Assembly: GCA_002360635.1 (NCBI GenBank)
Contig: DEQW01000003.1
Span: 370,552-434,551, forward strand
DNA from: Flavobacteriaceae bacterium UBA3356
GTDB taxonomy: Bacteria; Bacteroidota; Bacteroidia; Flavobacteriales; Flavobacteriaceae
Direction: 5' to 3'
Length of the DNA: 64,000 nucleotides
This document shows, piece by piece, positions 61,407 through 64,000 of this stretch. The notes under the pieces are model-generated. The model was not told where the DNA came from and searched no databases. It was given only the letters and a program-made list of their open reading frames with translations. A program made the position numbers and the translations under genes. Positions within the stretch are counted from its first letter, which is position 1. Every line of letters starts with the position of its first letter.

Positions 61407-62166
61407 ATGAAAAAAATTCTTATTACCTCTATCGGTAGGACTGGAACAAAGAGTTTAGCGTATTTTTTAGATGACATATCTGGTGTTCAATGTTTTCATC
61501 ATAAGGAAGGGAATAAAGACTTACCATTTCTCTTCTTATCGCAGCTAAAGGATTATTCTAATATCACCACAGAATTACCTTAAAAAGCGGAATAAAGTTG
61601 CAGAAAAAGCAAAGGCAAACTTTTATATAGAGGTTAATCCTTACTTTCGTTTTGCTAATACGGAAATTTTACAAAAACTAGGCTGGAAGAAAATATTCAT
61701 CGTTCGTCATCCTAAATCTTATCTTGAAAGTGTATATAAGCGCACCTTATTTACTGGTGAAGATTATATAATTAATCAATACCCAAACGATGATGATTTT
61801 TTTTCTGAAAAGTGGAATACAATAACCCGTTTCGAAAAACTGTGTTGGTACTATAAAAAGGTTCACGACTATATTTTAGATACTGAAACACCATTTTATC
61901 ACTTTGAAGACCTAGTAAAAAACCCTGATACACTTAAAAGTTTAGTAGAAGCAATCGGGATTGATACTTTAAAAATTAATTCATTTAAACTACCTAAGCG
62001 AAATACTTCAAAACAGTATAAATTCCGACACGTAATAAAAGAAAGTCTAAAAGGTAAAGCAACAAAAGTGTCACCTCTTATTTGGAGCTCATTAACAGCC
62101 AAAGAAAAGGAAACCTATGAAACACATTGTCTACCTTTGGCAAAACGATTAGGTTATGTTTTATAG
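61407..62166 (+). pseudogene. frameshifted sulfotransferase
   Basis: ATG 61407 frame has ITSIGRTGTKSL (5'-PSB) but stops at 61581-61583; +1 frame open 61549-62166 carries IFIVRHP (3'-PB) and FEDLVKNP. Confidence 0.8.
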
Positions 62167-62803
62167 TACTTGGTGGTTATATCAAAAAGTGTATTTAGAT
62201 AGTTTTATACGCCCTTACATGTTAAATAGATATCTTGCTCAAGTTAAAGATGGAAGTAGACCGTTATTTATTCATATAAATAAAACAGCCGGTTCTTCTA
62301 TAGCAAAAAGCCTAGAAATTACCGAGGCACATTTTACGTTAGGCGAATACGAAAATATTTATAGAAATAAATTTGACGAAGATCTTCCGCAGAATATTAA
62401 TATTTGGACATCCATTAGAAATCCTTTTGATAGAGTAGCTTCAGAATACCACTACCGCATTAAAACCAACCAAAATAAAATGCAAGTAAACCCTATATCT
62501 TTTGATGATTGGATAAAAAAAGTGTTTGTTGAAAAGGACCCCAGTTATAGAGATCGAGAAATTATGTTTATGAGTCAAAACGAGTGGGTTAAAGGCACTA
62601 AAAATTATAACATCAATTTTATTCGGTTTGAAAATTTACAAGAAGATTTTCAAAAATTAGCAAATGAATATAAAGTAAACCCTTTACCTTGGAAGAAAAA
62701 GTCTGATAATTTAAACTATAAAGAAACGTTTTCAAATATTTCAAAAGAAATTATTTTTCAAGTTTTTAAAGAAGATTTGGACCAATTTAATTATTCCTTT
62801 TAA
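62156..62803 (+). CDS. sulfotransferase family 2 protein
   Basis: FIHINKTAGSSI, IRNPFDRVASEY, IRFENLQEDF; start may be 62219. Confidence 0.88.
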   Translation: MFYSTWWLYQKVYLDSFIRPYMLNRYLAQVKDGSRPLFIHINKTAGSSIAKSLEITEAHFTLGEYENIYRNKFDEDLPQNINIWTSIRNPFDRVASEYHYRIKTNQNKMQVNPISFDDWIKKVFVEKDPSYRDREIMFMSQNEWVKGTKNYNINFIRFENLQEDFQKLANEYKVNPLPWKKKSDNLNYKETFSNISKEIIFQVFKEDLDQFNYSF

Positions 62804-62985
62804 TGATACTTCCTGAATATAAAGCACTGTTCATCCACATACCAAAAGCAGCTGGGCAAAGTATCGAAAATTTTCTTTTAGAAAGCTTAAACAAAGATCG
62901 TAAAGTAGATGGATCAAAATATTTATTAAGAAACAATAATAATTCCAATAAAGGACCCATATGGTTGGCTCATCTTTCAACTTAA
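62803..62985 (+). pseudogene. truncated sulfotransferase family 2 remnant
   Basis: FIHIPKAAGQSIE...GPIWLAHL then TAA at codon 61; no RNP motif recoverable downstream. Confidence 0.8.
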
Positions 62986-63117
62986 GAACATATTAAACAA
63001 AGGGTTTTTGAACATTTAAACTATTAATTAGGCTGTTAAAACAATTTTCAAACTAGCTAAAATATTTATTTTTTGTAGTATCAATATTTATCTAATCTTT
63101 ACAAAAGATTCTGAAGA

Positions 63118-64000
63118 ATGATAAAATCTCTTTTTAAATCTTTTGGATATAAAACAGTGCAGACGGTTGTTCTTACGCTGTATTCTGTTTTGTTAATCCC
63201 CATACTTTTAAACTACTGGGAACTTAAGGTGTATGGAGCATGGATAGCTCTTTTTACAGTATTCAATTTAATACAAGTAATAGAATTTGGCCATGCAACT
63301 TATATCGGAAACCAATTTAACGCCATTGTAAAAGAAAATACTGAAAAAGCAAAAATAGTATTAGGATCAGCTTTGCGAGCTAATTTTTTAACAGGTTTTA
63401 TCCAGATTACTATCGTTTTTCTATTATTTAAAAGTGGTTTCCTGAAATTTTTGTTAGATACAGACATAAGTGATAAAACAATAGCTACGGTATTGACGAT
63501 ACTTTTTTTGTATAGAATGCTAGCAGGTTCATTTAGAGGAATTATTGTTAAGATTTTAAATCCCTTTGGTTTAATTTATAAATCATTTCAATTTGCCACT
63601 TGGGAAAAGATTATTGACTTTTTTATACTGGTAATTGCTGCTATTACCGATATTACACTCATTCAACTAGCTATTGTATGGTTTGTAGTAAAATCTGTTT
63701 ATTCAATTGGGTTACTGTTTATTTTGAAACGATTATTGCCCGATTTCTTCCCATGGTGGAAATGCGGTAGTTTTAAATTGGGAATTGAAAACTTTAAAAA
63801 TTCCATTCCTTTTATATTCAGTAACTTTTTAGAAAGGTTACGAAACGACGGAATTGTCCTAATCATTTCTGCTTTTATAGGAACCACATTTTTACCATTA
63901 TTTGTAGCAACGAGAGCTATAGTAAATTTCGGACTTAAGATTTCCGAAATAATTCTAAATCCGTTAAGTCCCGAGATCATTAACTTGTATGTGAAAAATA
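63118..64000 (+). CDS. Wzx-like polysaccharide flippase (runs off window)
   Basis: Hand translation from ATG 63118 open to the end: LLIPILLNYW...YGAW...EFG, multiple TM helices. Confidence 0.82.
   Translation, partial: MIKSLFKSFGYKTVQTVVLTLYSVLLIPILLNYWELKVYGAWIALFTVFNLIQVIEFGHATYIGNQFNAIVKENTEKAKIVLGSALRANFLTGFIQITIVFLLFKSGFLKFLLDTDISDKTIATVLTILFLYRMLAGSFRGIIVKILNPFGLIYKSFQFATWEKIIDFFILVIAAITDITLIQLAIVWFVVKSVYSIGLLFILKRLLPDFFPWWKCGSFKLGIENFKNSIPFIFSNFLERLRNDGIVLIISAFIGTTFLPLFVATRAIVNFGLKISEIILNPLSPEIINLYVKN

Noticed and set aside
1-64000. CRISPR array, tRNA or rRNA genes
   Set aside because: No regularly spaced 25-45-bp repeats, cloverleaf or rRNA-like segments seen; intergenic gaps are mostly too short.

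Overview
AT-rich chromosomal window from a Flavobacteriaceae-type (Bacteroidota) genome, inferred from gene content, TAnnTTTG -7 promoters and a T9SS-sorted protein. From left to right it holds: menaquinone genes (thioesterase, menF, menD, menB); a QEGLA/DUF1704 peptidase + ATP-grasp + M14-deacylase operon; a 4.5-kb integrase-less islet (PAS-LuxR, AidH-like hydrolase, T9SS LRR protein) bracketed by a 191-bp duplication of the asnB 3' end; asnB with an unannotated poly-Asn leader peptide and full attenuator; housekeeping genes (fused 2-oxoacid dehydrogenase E1, LOG, uvrA, ggt, acpH, glmM, LpxL-like, rhomboid, SIMPL, TlpA); dps; and the start of a sulfated-polysaccharide locus (Wza-like, Wzz-like, cysQ/C/D/N, three sulfotransferases of which two are broken, Wzx). 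The most striking block is 38.2-53.0 kb. A GAF protein there carries split class III nucleotidyl-cyclase-like motifs and abuts an HD-PycTM (Pycsar-effector-like) gene. That gene is head-to-head with three tandem lipoprotein-metallophosphoesterase-kinase-like-Omp85 paralogs showing reciprocal active-site loss (one phosphatase-intact/kinase-degenerate, two kinase-intact/phosphatase-degenerate). No rRNA, tRNA, CRISPR array or transposase was seen. All family assignments are by eye from motifs; no database searches were run.
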